This document shows positions 28,937 through 38,977 of a stretch of 64,000 nucleotides of DNA, piece after piece. The position numbers and the translations under genes are program-made. The stretch's first letter is position 1, and every line of letters begins with the position of its first letter. The DNA is taken from assembly GCA_963665095.1 (NCBI GenBank), contig OY762069.1:4192001-4256000 (forward strand). Reading direction: 5' to 3'. The stretch is from an uncultured Desulfobacter sp. GTDB taxonomy: Bacteria > Desulfobacterota > Desulfobacteria > Desulfobacterales > Desulfobacteraceae. The notes below the pieces were generated by a model. That model was not told where the DNA came from and did no database searches. It was given only the letters and a program-made list of their open reading frames with translations.

Positions 28937-29704
28937 TCACGATTTTCCATCAGGCCCGTGGTCTGTTTTTATTTTGGCGTGAGTTTTCAGCGCCTTCTGC
29001 CGGAAGGTGATGGAGACCCCTTCGTATTTCATCAGTGTGTTTTTTATGCCTTCGGACAGATATTTGCCGGTGAGTGTGGCCCCGGAAATCCCATCCACAT
29101 AATGTTCCTGCTCTTCTTTGGGCAGGTTTTCCGCACTGCCTTTGGCAATACCTACGGATACAAATTTATCTTTTGAATTTAAAATCTTCTTGCCCTTGAA
29201 ATTTTTCTGGAACCAGGCACTTTCAATTTCACCGCCCAGCCCCGGGGTTTCGGAGTGGCTGAATACGGAAAAACCGGACACGGTCTGCCCGTCATTTTCA
29301 AAGGCCAGGTACCCCTGAATTTTTCCCCACAGTCCCCGGGTGTTAATGGGCAGAATATAGCCGCTGATGTTGTCCAGGTTCTTGGTACCGCCCTGGTCCG
29401 GATCATGGACAAAATAAAGGTGTATACCGTCAGGGGCATCGGTCTTTAGCACCCGGCCATTGTGATCCACAATCACCTCCTGGACCCGGGCGTCATAAAG
29501 CGTATTGATCGCATCCGCTCCGGGCTTTTTTCCCGTGGGCATCAGGCCGGCTGCCTTGAGCAGGTTTATCTTCTTGTCAAGCGCCATGTTCTCCTGCTGC
29601 CGGTCCTTGAGGCCCGTGGCAGCCGCCGTGATCAGCAGGCTGCATATCACGGAGAGACACAGGGCAAACACAATGACATGGGATCTGCTGTTTTTCTTAA
29701 ACAT
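28937..29704 (-). CDS. nqrC: Na+-NQR subunit C
   Basis: GLWG and ETPGLGGEI motifs. FMN attachment motif DGISGATLT. Confidence 0.93.
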   Translation of the reverse strand: MFKKNSRSHVIVFALCLSVICSLLITAAATGLKDRQQENMALDKKINLLKAAGLMPTGKKPGADAINTLYDARVQEVIVDHNGRVLKTDAPDGIHLYFVHDPDQGGTKNLDNISGYILPINTRGLWGKIQGYLAFENDGQTVSGFSVFSHSETPGLGGEIESAWFQKNFKGKKILNSKDKFVSVGIAKGSAENLPKEEQEHYVDGISGATLTGKYLSEGIKNTLMKYEGVSITFRQKALKTHAKIKTDHGPDGKS

Positions 29705-30860
29705 TGGGAATCCTTTTTGACGATTTGTACTTGAGAACCAGGTAGTCCAGAAGCGGCGCAAACACGTTCATGAAAAGAATGGCCAACATGACCCCTTCCA
29801 TGAACGCGGGGTTGGCCACCCGGATAATGACAGTGAAAAAACCAATGGCCGCACCGAAAATCCAGCGGCCGGGGTTGGTGCCCGGTGCAGATACCGGATC
29901 TGTGGCCATGAAGGAGATGCCGAAAAGAAATCCGCCGGCGCACAGATGGTAAAGGGGGCCGGCATCGGCCCAGGTGCTGCCGCCACCGGGAATCATGGAG
30001 ACAATGATGCTGGTGATGACAAGGCCTGCAATGCCGCCTGCAATAATCCGGTAATTGGCGATCCGGGTGACCATGAGGATTGCCGCCCCGATCAGGCAGC
30101 ACAGTGCCGAGGTCTCGCCCACACTGCCCGGAACAAAGCCCGTGAAAAGCGCCCCAAGGGAATATCCCGCATGTGACAGGGCATCCGTGATGGTCTGGCC
30201 TCCGGTGCCTGTCACCGCCAGGGCCGTGGCACCGGTCACGCCGTCCACCAGGTGCCGGCCGGCAACCCAGACATCCCCGGACATAGTCAGCGGGTAGGAA
30301 AAAAAGAGAAAGGCCCGGCCGGTGAGCGCAGGGTTGAGAAAATTCCTTCCGGTGCCTCCGAACACCTCTTTGCCGATCACAATACCAAAGGAGATGCCTA
30401 ACGCCACCTGCCACAAGGGTGTGGTGGGAGGCAGCGTCAGCGGGAACAAAAGCCCTGTGACCAAAAGGCCTTCAGATATTTTATGGCGTCTGAAAATGGC
30501 AAAAACAAACTCCCAGAAAAACCCCACGCCATAGGAGACAATGATCATAGGCACCACATACCAGGCCCCCATGAAAAAACATTTGAACCAGGACCATGAT
30601 TCCCCTGCGCCTGTCCCTGCCTGAAAACCGGTATTATATATCCCGAAAAAGGTGACCGGCAGCAGGGCGAAAATAACAATACTCATGTACCGCTTGAGAT
30701 CCAGGCTGTCCCGGATGAAGGGCATGGCCGATATCTTTTCCGAGGGCAGAAAAAAGAAAGTTTTTGTAGCATCCCAGATGGGTTCGTACTTTTTATATTT
30801 CCCATCCCCTGTGAACATCGGTTTGGTATCTTTAAAAAATTGTTTCAAGGGATTTTTCAT
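29697..30860 (-). CDS. nqrB: Na+-NQR subunit B
   Basis: RDSLDLKR and KEVFGGTGRNFLNPAL motifs. FMN motif DGVTGATAL and FMATDPVS. Confidence 0.95.
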   Translation of the reverse strand: MKNPLKQFFKDTKPMFTGDGKYKKYEPIWDATKTFFFLPSEKISAMPFIRDSLDLKRYMSIVIFALLPVTFFGIYNTGFQAGTGAGESWSWFKCFFMGAWYVVPMIIVSYGVGFFWEFVFAIFRRHKISEGLLVTGLLFPLTLPPTTPLWQVALGISFGIVIGKEVFGGTGRNFLNPALTGRAFLFFSYPLTMSGDVWVAGRHLVDGVTGATALAVTGTGGQTITDALSHAGYSLGALFTGFVPGSVGETSALCCLIGAAILMVTRIANYRIIAGGIAGLVITSIIVSMIPGGGSTWADAGPLYHLCAGGFLFGISFMATDPVSAPGTNPGRWIFGAAIGFFTVIIRVANPAFMEGVMLAILFMNVFAPLLDYLVLKYKSSKRIPNV

Positions 30861-32197
30861 GATTTTTCCTTGTAATAGGCGTCAACAGCATCGGAAAAAA
30901 TCCGGCTCAGTTCAATCTTGGACGGACATGCATAGGAACACAGTCCGCACTTGCAGCAGTCCAGAAGGCCTAAATTCAAAGCCTCCTCCAGATCATCCCC
31001 GTGCAGGGCCTTCATGATAAATGAGGGCAGAAGGCCGTTGGGACATATCCGTTCGCAATAAGAGCAGTTGATGCAGGCCCGCTGCTCCCCATGCAGGGTG
31101 CAGTCCAGGGGGGCCGGACGTCTGAACAAAGAGGAGAGAAAGGTAGCGGAAACCGATGGTTTATTCATTCCGGGCCGGACAAATCCGAACATCTCCTCTT
31201 CAGGCCCGGCTTCAATGATATTGACGGTATTTTCAAAAAAGCCCAGGTGGGCATCCCTGTCCAGAACCCTGCCGTTGAACCGCCCGGTGGTTACCAGGCT
31301 GTTTTCCGGAATGATGCCGGACAGGGCAGACAGGGACACGCCCTGCCGGGTCAGGATATGGGGCCGGCTGTCCCCGGGCCGGGTAACTGTGACAATTTTC
31401 TCCACAGGGTAGCACCCGGTCAAAAGGGACCTGCCAATCATAAGCAGATGATCCAGCCGGATACACCAGGAGGAATTTTCCGCTGCCTGCTGCTTGAGCC
31501 GGTAAAGCACTGCCCCGGGATTCCAGGCAGGGTAGATATCCGAGGTCATGTGGGTAACCTGCTCAGCAACATTACTGTGCAAATCCCGGATGGCGCCAAG
31601 GCTGCTTTTGCGGCAGACAGTCACGATCCTGTGGGAAAACCGTCTGAGCACGGCCATCCCCGCCTCAAAAGCCTCAAGGTTATCTGTAAGGAGAACCGCC
31701 GGATGAGGAGAAAAAATATCATTGCCCTCCAGACCCAGGATAATCATGGCAGGCACATGGGAAGGATCTGCCGAATCCTGCACAGGGAACTGCCGAAGAC
31801 CCTGCCATACCCCACCCTGCTGAAGCCTGGAAATAAGTTCCTCTTTGGGCATCTGTGCAATATCGCTTAAGGAAAGCGTATTAAATTCAACATACTCGTC
31901 TTCAGACTTGGTCTGAATCACCACCTCCATCAGGCGCCGCCTGGCACCATAGAGAATCTTTTCCACCCGGCCGGTACCCGGGGAAACGAACCGTGCAGAC
32001 AAATTCCGTTTGTCCGTAAAGAGCGGCTGGCCGGTTCGGACATCCTGCCCCTCTTTCACCAGAAGTTTGGGCCGGATAAAAGGGATATCTCCGGTAGAAC
32101 AACCCAGGATATCGGGCCGGACAAACCGAATCAGGGAAAGGTCGGGTTGTTCAGCCACATTCAGGTCAAACCCCCGGGATATTTTTAACTCTTCCAT
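30857..32197 (-). CDS. nqrA: Na+-NQR subunit A with two 4Fe-4S motifs
   Basis: NqrA-type N-terminus (PKLLVKEGQDV..GQPLFTDK..FVSPGTG). C-terminal CINCSYCERICP and CCKCGLCSYACP. Start is 32197 or 32212. Confidence 0.88.
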   Translation of the reverse strand: MEELKISRGFDLNVAEQPDLSLIRFVRPDILGCSTGDIPFIRPKLLVKEGQDVRTGQPLFTDKRNLSARFVSPGTGRVEKILYGARRRLMEVVIQTKSEDEYVEFNTLSLSDIAQMPKEELISRLQQGGVWQGLRQFPVQDSADPSHVPAMIILGLEGNDIFSPHPAVLLTDNLEAFEAGMAVLRRFSHRIVTVCRKSSLGAIRDLHSNVAEQVTHMTSDIYPAWNPGAVLYRLKQQAAENSSWCIRLDHLLMIGRSLLTGCYPVEKIVTVTRPGDSRPHILTRQGVSLSALSGIIPENSLVTTGRFNGRVLDRDAHLGFFENTVNIIEAGPEEEMFGFVRPGMNKPSVSATFLSSLFRRPAPLDCTLHGEQRACINCSYCERICPNGLLPSFIMKALHGDDLEEALNLGLLDCCKCGLCSYACPSKIELSRIFSDAVDAYYKEKS

Positions 32198-32555
32198 ATA
32201 AAAATTTTCCATTTTTTATTACTGCAGGTGAAAACACACATACTCTCTGCCCGGGACACAATACCATGATCTGGGCAAGGATTGCCGTTTGCAGCCAATG
32301 CTAAAGATTGTCGAGTTTTTATAGTACCCTGCTGATTCAAAGATCTTTTTAGTTTAAAGATGCTGATACCCGCCAAAATAAAATGCCGCCGGATGCTTTG
32401 TCAAGAGCTGAGAGTTATTCAACATGAGCATGGCCGATACGGCAGATGACAAATTTGATAGTGATCAGGGTTGATTTTCCGGTTTAGAAAGAATAGAAGA
32501 AAAAGCTGATTTGCAGAAACAAAACAGGCAATAAATTAAGGATAAATAAAAAAAA

Positions 32556-32939
32556 ATGGTTCAAAAAAATTATGACAGCATCCTCACCCAGGATTTTTTA
32601 GACGAACTGCTGCCGCCTGAAAGAAGTGATCAGTTTTTTGACGCATTATATGGTGATGCCTCGGAAGGGGCCTATGATATCAGACTCGAAACCGTCAGTA
32701 TCTCCAGCACTCGGATTGTCCTGGCCTTTAATCTGCAGCGCAGGCCCGATAAATGCCTGGTATGCAGCCTCACTTACGGCCTGCCCAATGTGTTTTCCCG
32801 CCACCCGCTGATTAACATCAAAGGTATGATTGAAAAAATCAAAGATGCCGGCATACCGGTGAAAGACTGGCGTATAGGTCAGACCGAGGAGAGCTCTGCG
32901 GCCCTTCACCTGATCCCTCTATATATTGATGTAAACTGA
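32556..32939 (+). CDS. Conserved hypothetical protein with CxxC motif
   Basis: FFDALYGDASEGAYDI..CLVCSLTYGLP. RBS present and followed by a terminator. Confidence 0.8.
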   Translation: MVQKNYDSILTQDFLDELLPPERSDQFFDALYGDASEGAYDIRLETVSISSTRIVLAFNLQRRPDKCLVCSLTYGLPNVFSRHPLINIKGMIEKIKDAGIPVKDWRIGQTEESSAALHLIPLYIDVN

Positions 32940-33006
32940 AATCCTTCCGACCCGGACCCAAAGGCCCATTTAGGTTTCAAATCGTTACGCCGGATTCTAA
33001 AAACAC

Positions 33007-33057
33007 AAAAATAAACCTTTTGCCGTCCCATAAAATAACCGCAAAAGGTTTATTTTT
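33007..33057. terminator. Bidirectional terminator
   Basis: AAAAATAAACCTTTTGC / GCAAAAGGTTTATTTTT inverted repeat between convergent genes. Confidence 0.8.
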
Positions 33058-33092
33058 TAAAAGTCTGCTTTTCCAAACACGCTGTCCGGATA

Positions 33093-33323
33093 TCAGCCCC
33101 CTGCAACCAGGGGAAAAAGACCGACCGCATCGCCTGCCCGGAGGATCTGATCCGGCATCACTCTTTTGCCATTGATAAAAATCAGGCTGACCGCCCCATC
33201 AGGGACACCTATTATACGGATGAGTTCAGCGGCTGTGGTCCCGTTTTTGACCTCAAGGCGGCCAGACCCCTTTGGATAGAATCTGACAAGGGTACTGAAT
33301 AAATTCAAATAAATTTCAATCAT
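33093..33323 (-). CDS. MoaD/ThiS family sulfur-carrier protein
   Basis: 76 aa, with INGK and GDAVGLFPLVAGG ending in a C-terminal di-glycine. Confidence 0.9.
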   Translation of the reverse strand: MIEIYLNLFSTLVRFYPKGSGRLEVKNGTTAAELIRIIGVPDGAVSLIFINGKRVMPDQILRAGDAVGLFPLVAGG

Positions 33324-33422
33324 TATCCGGCTGGCATATACACGGTAAAGCCTTTACGAGCATTGGCTAAGGTATTGCGCGGAAATACATAGCATAATAT
33401 TGCGCTGAATTTTGATCCATAT

Positions 33423-33479
33423 ACTGCGTTGCACCAAACGTTTAATAGCAAGCCTATTAAACGTTTGGTGCAACGCAGT
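33423..33479. mobile_element. Putative 57-bp mini-MITE (26-bp perfect terminal inverted repeats, 5-nt spacer, ATAT flanks)
   Basis: ACTGCGTTGCACCAAACGTTTAATAG-CAAGC followed by its exact reverse complement. ATAT at 33419-33422 and 33480-33483. Confidence 0.6.
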
Positions 33480-33528
33480 ATATGGGGCAAAGGGCAAGCA
33501 AGAGGTGCTGTTTATTTCTGTGCGATGC

Positions 33529-34059
33529 CTAAGCTTTGGGAAGTTTGGGAAAAGACTTGTTCAACGCCTTATTCCACTCATCCAGTTTGGCTTTGATCTT
33601 CTTGAATACCGAACCTACATTGCCTTTGATGGTGATGCTGTCAATGGTATCTCCCTGGGTTATGCTGTTGACCACTGCCTGGTCGGCTTCGCTTTCCACC
33701 TCTCCGAACACTGTGTGCATTCCGTCCAGGTGGGGGGTGGGCACATGGGTGATGAAAAACTGGCTGCCGTTGGTTGCAGGGCCGGCATTGGCCATGGACA
33801 GGACCCCGGGTTTATCGTGTTTCAGGTCTTTTTTAAACTCATCTTCAAATTCATAGCCCGGGCCGCCCATGCCGTTGCCGTACGGGCATCCCCCCTGGAT
33901 CATAAAATCGGAAATAACCCGGTGAAAGGTCAGGCCGTTGTAATATTCACGTTTGGCCAGGTTGGCAAAATTACCAACGGTGAACGGAACCTTGTCTGCA
34001 AATAGTTTAAGATGGATGGTCCCTTTTGAGGTCTCCATAATCGCTGTCAGGTCTGCCAT
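33529..34059 (-). CDS. Cyclophilin-type peptidyl-prolyl cis-trans isomerase
   Basis: [28 protein letters not shown] and [10 protein letters not shown] motifs. Confidence 0.97.
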   Translation of the reverse strand: MADLTAIMETSKGTIHLKLFADKVPFTVGNFANLAKREYYNGLTFHRVISDFMIQGGCPYGNGMGGPGYEFEDEFKKDLKHDKPGVLSMANAGPATNGSQFFITHVPTPHLDGMHTVFGEVESEADQAVVNSITQGDTIDSITIKGNVGSVFKKIKAKLDEWNKALNKSFPKLPKA

Positions 34060-34430
34060 AGTTTTTCTCCTGCAAGTTATAATTTATTAAACGGCCAGGG
34101 GCCGTGCTGGTTCATGATTTTAATGCCACAGTGGATATAAAATTCCTGCGTAAGGTTTTCTGGGGACTTTCTTATAAAAGCCGGCGGATGTCAAACATAA
34201 AAAAGAAATTCATGATACTTAGGAATAGCGTCGACCAACCAGGCTATGCCCCCCTGCCTTGAAAATAGTGCAAAAAGTAACAACGGATGTTGCCGGACAG
34301 CTGTTGTTTTGACTTAATCTAACTTGACAGGTCTGTGACGTATATGTGAATTATTAGTGTTTTAATCTTGCAGAGGTAAAAAAATTACCTGTATGATCCA
34401 GGGTCTTCTGCAGATTTATTCAACAGGTTC

Positions 34431-36956
34431 ATGGAGCACCGGAAAGCCCCTATGGATACCCAGAAATCAATTCGTTTTCTCAAGGCAGAGAATCTGACCA
34501 CACTGATTGTCTGCTTCTGCCTGACCCTGTTCATAGGGATTATGTCAGCCAGTCTTGTTTTTCTGCGTGCCGACACACAAAAGCAACAGATAAAAGACCT
34601 TAAGGAGGCCCAGGCCACCAAAGCATCCGCCATGTCCGGCTTTTTTGCAGAGCGGGTTACCGATCTGCACGCAATTTCAGCGGCTCCGGAATTTTTTTCC
34701 ATACTGGGAAATCTGACCATGTCAATGGAACCCTGCCCGGATCAGAATTTTGAACCACTCAAAAAAAGCCTGCTGGCCCTTACAGAATCAAAGGTGATTG
34801 GCCACAACCCCATTTATTCCCGTTTGATTTTTATTTCTCCACATGGCGATATTCTTGTGGACACTCAGGAGACACCAGGGCCCATGCCGTCTTTCTGGCC
34901 CCGGATGGTTACTGCCGGGGAAAAAAACTGGCAGATTCTGACAGACGGCCCCTGGATCGCCGTATGCCTGCCGGTTTACTTCAAGACGACCTATGCAGGA
35001 CGGCTGGCTGGTTTTGTAAATATTGGCCCACCTGTTATTCAGGAAGAAAACAACGAAATTAAATTTGCCCTTATGACCGGTGACGGGAAATTAAATCTGC
35101 CCGCCGGCATTTTTTTAAACGGTATGAATAACGGCCTGGCCGATCCTGCCTGGTTCTCGGATAATGAAGCCAGAATTATCAAGGGGGTATGGAATGACAA
35201 ACCCTGTGACCGGATTATCATCTCAAGGATTCAGGTGCCCCAGACACCCTTTTTTATTGTCGGGCTTACCCGGGCCTCCGGTATTTCCCGTGAAATGATG
35301 ATCGGCATTCTGCTGGCTCTGATTCCCCTTTTAGGGGCAGGCATCTTTTTTATCTGGCGCAACTCCACCCTGAAGCTGATTATGCAGATCCGGCTGTCCG
35401 AAGCCCGTGCCGGGGAAGAGCATCTTAAACAGATAGTGGAATTCCTTCCCATCCCCATTGCTGAGTATGATTTTGACCTGAACATCAGATATGCCAATCA
35501 GGCCGGCCTTAAAACCTTTGGGTTTTCACAGGCGGACATTGATAATGGATTAAGCATTCTGCAGCTCCTGGAGGCGGAGGAACGCCACCGCATTTACAAG
35601 TGGACACAGGCTGTAAAAAATGGAAAAAAACAGGTGCCGCTAATTGTCACCACCCGGAGAAAAGACGGCCGGCTGATGTGGGGCCGGGTTATCTCCCAGC
35701 GGATTTTTAAAAACGGATCGTGCATTGGCATGCGCCTTTGCTTTATTGATATGACCGAACAATTTAAAGCTGAGCAGGCATCCCTCAGAGCTGTTGAAAT
35801 GGAAAAATATGTACTGGTTGGACAGGTAGCCGGAAAAATGGCCCATGATTTCAATAATGTATTAGGAGCTATCATGGGGAACGCCGAACTCAGCCTTCTG
35901 GAATGCCAGGACCCGGACACCCAAAACACCTTAGAAATTATCCTTGAGCAGGTGAAACGGGGAAGAATTCTTACCCAGAATCTGGTAGCCTTTGCAAAGG
36001 ACCAGGAAATTACGGAAAAATATTTCAATATCAATGAAAAAATGGATTTGGTGCTCAACCTCTTAAAAAAAGAACTGCGGGGGGTTGAGATTTTCAGGCA
36101 TTACGAGACCGATTTACCGGAACTTCTGGCAGATCCGGGGATGATCGAACATGCCCTGGTCAATCTGATTCAAAATGCCGTGCATGCCATGGCCCAGACT
36201 AAAAGCCCGGAACTCCATCTTTTTACCCGGAACCAGGGAGACAGTCTGCGCATTGCAATACATGACAATGGCTGCGGGGTGCCTGCCGTTTATAAAGACA
36301 AAATATTTTTGCCGGCTTTCACCCTTAAGGGAAGCAGGGATGTGACCCGGGCCTATCCGGAAGACCTGAAAGGAACCGGTTACGGGCTGTCCAATGTGAA
36401 AAAGTATATTGATAAACACAAGGGCACTCTCCGGTTCACCAGCCAAGAGGGTAAAGGAACTCAGTTCACCATTACACTGCCCCTTACGGCAAGGGATCTT
36501 CTCCCCGAAGAAAAAGAGAAACTGGTTGAAAAAAAGCTGGTTAAGAAGAAACATATTCTGATTGTTGAGGATGAAGAGGCCATTGCCCTGGTGTTGGAAA
36601 AAATAATGACCAGCCATCCCTTTCACCACACCGTGGATATTGCCCGGGATGCGGATACCGCATTCAGCCTCTTATCTGAAAAGCATTTTGACCTGATCAG
36701 TCTGGATTATGTGCTTCCGGGCCGGCGCAACGGCCTGGATATTTACGAGCATATCCGAAAGCGCTGGACAACCCTGCCTATAATTTTTATTTCCGGCAAT
36801 TTCCGCTTTCTGGAATCAATGGAAGCCCTCAAGTCAAAAGATCCCTGTGTGGACCACTTGTCCAAGCCCTTTAAAAACCTGGAATATGCTGATAAAGTCA
36901 ATGACTGGCTTCATGTATCAATGACCAGCAAAGACGCGGACAAAAACGATGGATAA
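34431..36956 (+). CDS. Hybrid sensor histidine kinase (2 TM, PAS, HisKA, HATPase, REC)
   Basis: AGKMAHDFNNVLG, NLIQNA, DNGCG and GTGYG motifs plus a REC domain. Confidence 0.93.
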   Translation: MEHRKAPMDTQKSIRFLKAENLTTLIVCFCLTLFIGIMSASLVFLRADTQKQQIKDLKEAQATKASAMSGFFAERVTDLHAISAAPEFFSILGNLTMSMEPCPDQNFEPLKKSLLALTESKVIGHNPIYSRLIFISPHGDILVDTQETPGPMPSFWPRMVTAGEKNWQILTDGPWIAVCLPVYFKTTYAGRLAGFVNIGPPVIQEENNEIKFALMTGDGKLNLPAGIFLNGMNNGLADPAWFSDNEARIIKGVWNDKPCDRIIISRIQVPQTPFFIVGLTRASGISREMMIGILLALIPLLGAGIFFIWRNSTLKLIMQIRLSEARAGEEHLKQIVEFLPIPIAEYDFDLNIRYANQAGLKTFGFSQADIDNGLSILQLLEAEERHRIYKWTQAVKNGKKQVPLIVTTRRKDGRLMWGRVISQRIFKNGSCIGMRLCFIDMTEQFKAEQASLRAVEMEKYVLVGQVAGKMAHDFNNVLGAIMGNAELSLLECQDPDTQNTLEIILEQVKRGRILTQNLVAFAKDQEITEKYFNINEKMDLVLNLLKKELRGVEIFRHYETDLPELLADPGMIEHALVNLIQNAVHAMAQTKSPELHLFTRNQGDSLRIAIHDNGCGVPAVYKDKIFLPAFTLKGSRDVTRAYPEDLKGTGYGLSNVKKYIDKHKGTLRFTSQEGKGTQFTITLPLTARDLLPEEKEKLVEKKLVKKKHILIVEDEEAIALVLEKIMTSHPFHHTVDIARDADTAFSLLSEKHFDLISLDYVLPGRRNGLDIYEHIRKRWTTLPIIFISGNFRFLESMEALKSKDPCVDHLSKPFKNLEYADKVNDWLHVSMTSKDADKNDG

Positions 36957-38154
36957 ATTACTGCCTCTGGATCTGACCCCTGAAACAGAAATCCGCCAAC
37001 GGATTCATCTGTTAAAAGAGAAGATGGCCCAGGCCGGAATGGACGGCGTATTCATAACTCACCGGCCGGATTACTACTATTTCAGCGGCACAGCCCAGGA
37101 TGCCTGGCTGTATATCACCCTGGACCATGAACCGCTTTTGTTTGTCAGGCGTTACCTGCCCCGGGCTGTGGCTGAGAGCCCTTTAACCCAGATTGTACCG
37201 GTCCAGACGATCACGGAAATACCCCAGATCATCAAGGACAGCCATGGCTGCTTTGCAAAAACCATAGGACTTGCCTTTGATCTTGTGCCGGTCCGGGATT
37301 TCAGATTCTACCAGTCCCTGTTTTTCGGTTCAGCCTGGCAGGATGCCTCCCCTTTAATTCTCTCCTGCCGGGCGGTAAAATCGGGATATGAACTGGGCAT
37401 CCTAGAAAAAACAGCAGAAATATCCAGCAAGGTGTTTGCCTTTATTGCCGGCAATCTGACCCCCGGCATCAGCGAATCCGATCTGGCCGGAAAAATTGAG
37501 GCCTATGCCAGAACCCTTGGCCATTCAGGCCGGCTTCAGATGCGTCATTATCGGTCGGAGGGTCTTTCATGCCATATCATGGGCGGAGCCTGCGGGGGCC
37601 AGCCAGGTGCCCTGGATTCCTCTGTATCGGGCACCGGCGTCTGCACAGCCTGGCCATTTGGTGCCGGCCCCGGGGTGATCAGGAAAAATGACCCTGTTCT
37701 CATTGGTTTCAGCACCATGGCCATGGGCTACCACATGGTCGAATCCAGAATGTTTGTGGCCGGAAAAATGGAGGCCCAGGCCGATGCGGCCAGCCTGGCG
37801 GCCATTGAGATCCTGCATCATATCAAAGATGCCATGAAACCCGGAGTGGCCGTGAAGACCATTTATCAGACATCCATGGCCATGGCAGACAAACTGGGAC
37901 TGGGAGAACAGTTTTTGGGAATTCCGGAATTAAAAGTCAAATCTCTGGGCCACGGCGTTGGTGTTGAGCTGGTGGAATCCCCCATCATTGCCAAAGGACA
38001 CGGCACCACCCTGGAATCCGGCATGGTGATTATCGCCCAGCCTCAATTTATATTTAAGGACCGGTTTGCTGCAGGCATTGAAAGCGCGATCCGGGTGACG
38101 GCCCGGGGCAGCCGGTTCATCAGCCAGACACCCAATAAGGTGTTCTGCGTATAA
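36949..38154 (+). CDS. M24 (Xaa-Pro peptidase) fold protein with degenerate metal site
   Basis: Creatinase-N domain (YYFSGT), RAVKS, GHGVG and AGIE motifs. Two Asp and one Glu ligand are replaced. Confidence 0.85.
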   Translation: MDKLLPLDLTPETEIRQRIHLLKEKMAQAGMDGVFITHRPDYYYFSGTAQDAWLYITLDHEPLLFVRRYLPRAVAESPLTQIVPVQTITEIPQIIKDSHGCFAKTIGLAFDLVPVRDFRFYQSLFFGSAWQDASPLILSCRAVKSGYELGILEKTAEISSKVFAFIAGNLTPGISESDLAGKIEAYARTLGHSGRLQMRHYRSEGLSCHIMGGACGGQPGALDSSVSGTGVCTAWPFGAGPGVIRKNDPVLIGFSTMAMGYHMVESRMFVAGKMEAQADAASLAAIEILHHIKDAMKPGVAVKTIYQTSMAMADKLGLGEQFLGIPELKVKSLGHGVGVELVESPIIAKGHGTTLESGMVIIAQPQFIFKDRFAAGIESAIRVTARGSRFISQTPNKVFCV

Positions 38155-38229
38155 CCGCTGTCTTATATCAGGACAGATCCATATCAAAAACAAAGAAACT
38201 GACGTCAATAAAATACAAGGGAGCCCGCC

Positions 38230-38757
38230 ATGGAACAGAAATTTATCATGACTGCATTCGGCAAAGACCGCCCGGGAATTGCAGCAGACATTGCTGAAAT
38301 CATTTTTGAACATCAGTGCAATCTTGAAGACTCCAATATGGGGCGTCTGGCAGACGAATTTACCCTGATTCTGCTTTTAAGCGGCAAAGGGGAAGACCTG
38401 GAAAAAAGACTGTACATGTCATGCAAACACCTGGAACGGGAAAAGGATATCTTTGTTTTTATACGCCCCCTTGACTATGAATATCCGCAAAAAATCAACG
38501 GCAATCCTTCCGTCCGTATCCTTGTGGAGGGTATTGACCAGACCGGCATCGTATATAAGACCTGCCGGCTTCTGGCCTCCAGTGACATCAATATCGACAC
38601 CCTGTCCTCCAGAAAAAAGCACATTCCCAACAGCGGCACCGTCATATATGCCATGGAGATCAGTGCCGGCCTGCCCAGTGCTGTAAACCGGGAGACCCTG
38701 GAAGAGAGACTGGAAGAGCTGGCCGGTGAACTGAATGTGGAAATTTCGGTATACTGA
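38230..38757 (+). CDS. Double ACT-domain protein (GcvR-like)
   Basis: GKDRPGIAA and GIDQTGIV ACT motifs. Confidence 0.9.
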   Translation: MEQKFIMTAFGKDRPGIAADIAEIIFEHQCNLEDSNMGRLADEFTLILLLSGKGEDLEKRLYMSCKHLEREKDIFVFIRPLDYEYPQKINGNPSVRILVEGIDQTGIVYKTCRLLASSDINIDTLSSRKKHIPNSGTVIYAMEISAGLPSAVNRETLEERLEELAGELNVEISVY

Positions 38758-38977
38758 CATAGCCGGCCGGGCCGACACCCTTAATTCCCCTAATTAGTGC
38801 CAGGAGAGAAATCCTGAATTGATTTCACTCTCCATTCTGGTGTAATAGAACCAGAATTCAACGCCCCATAATGAGGCACCTGCATCTGAAGATAAGATAT
38901 CATAAAAGCAGGATTCGATCTGCTGTATGTTTCCGGACCTTCAGGATACAGGAGATACAGTAACTTAGGGGGAAGAC

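Noticed and set aside
26422..32212. Alternative call as an rnf operon
   Set aside because: The gene order, a true NqrF and the absence of RnfB support nqr.
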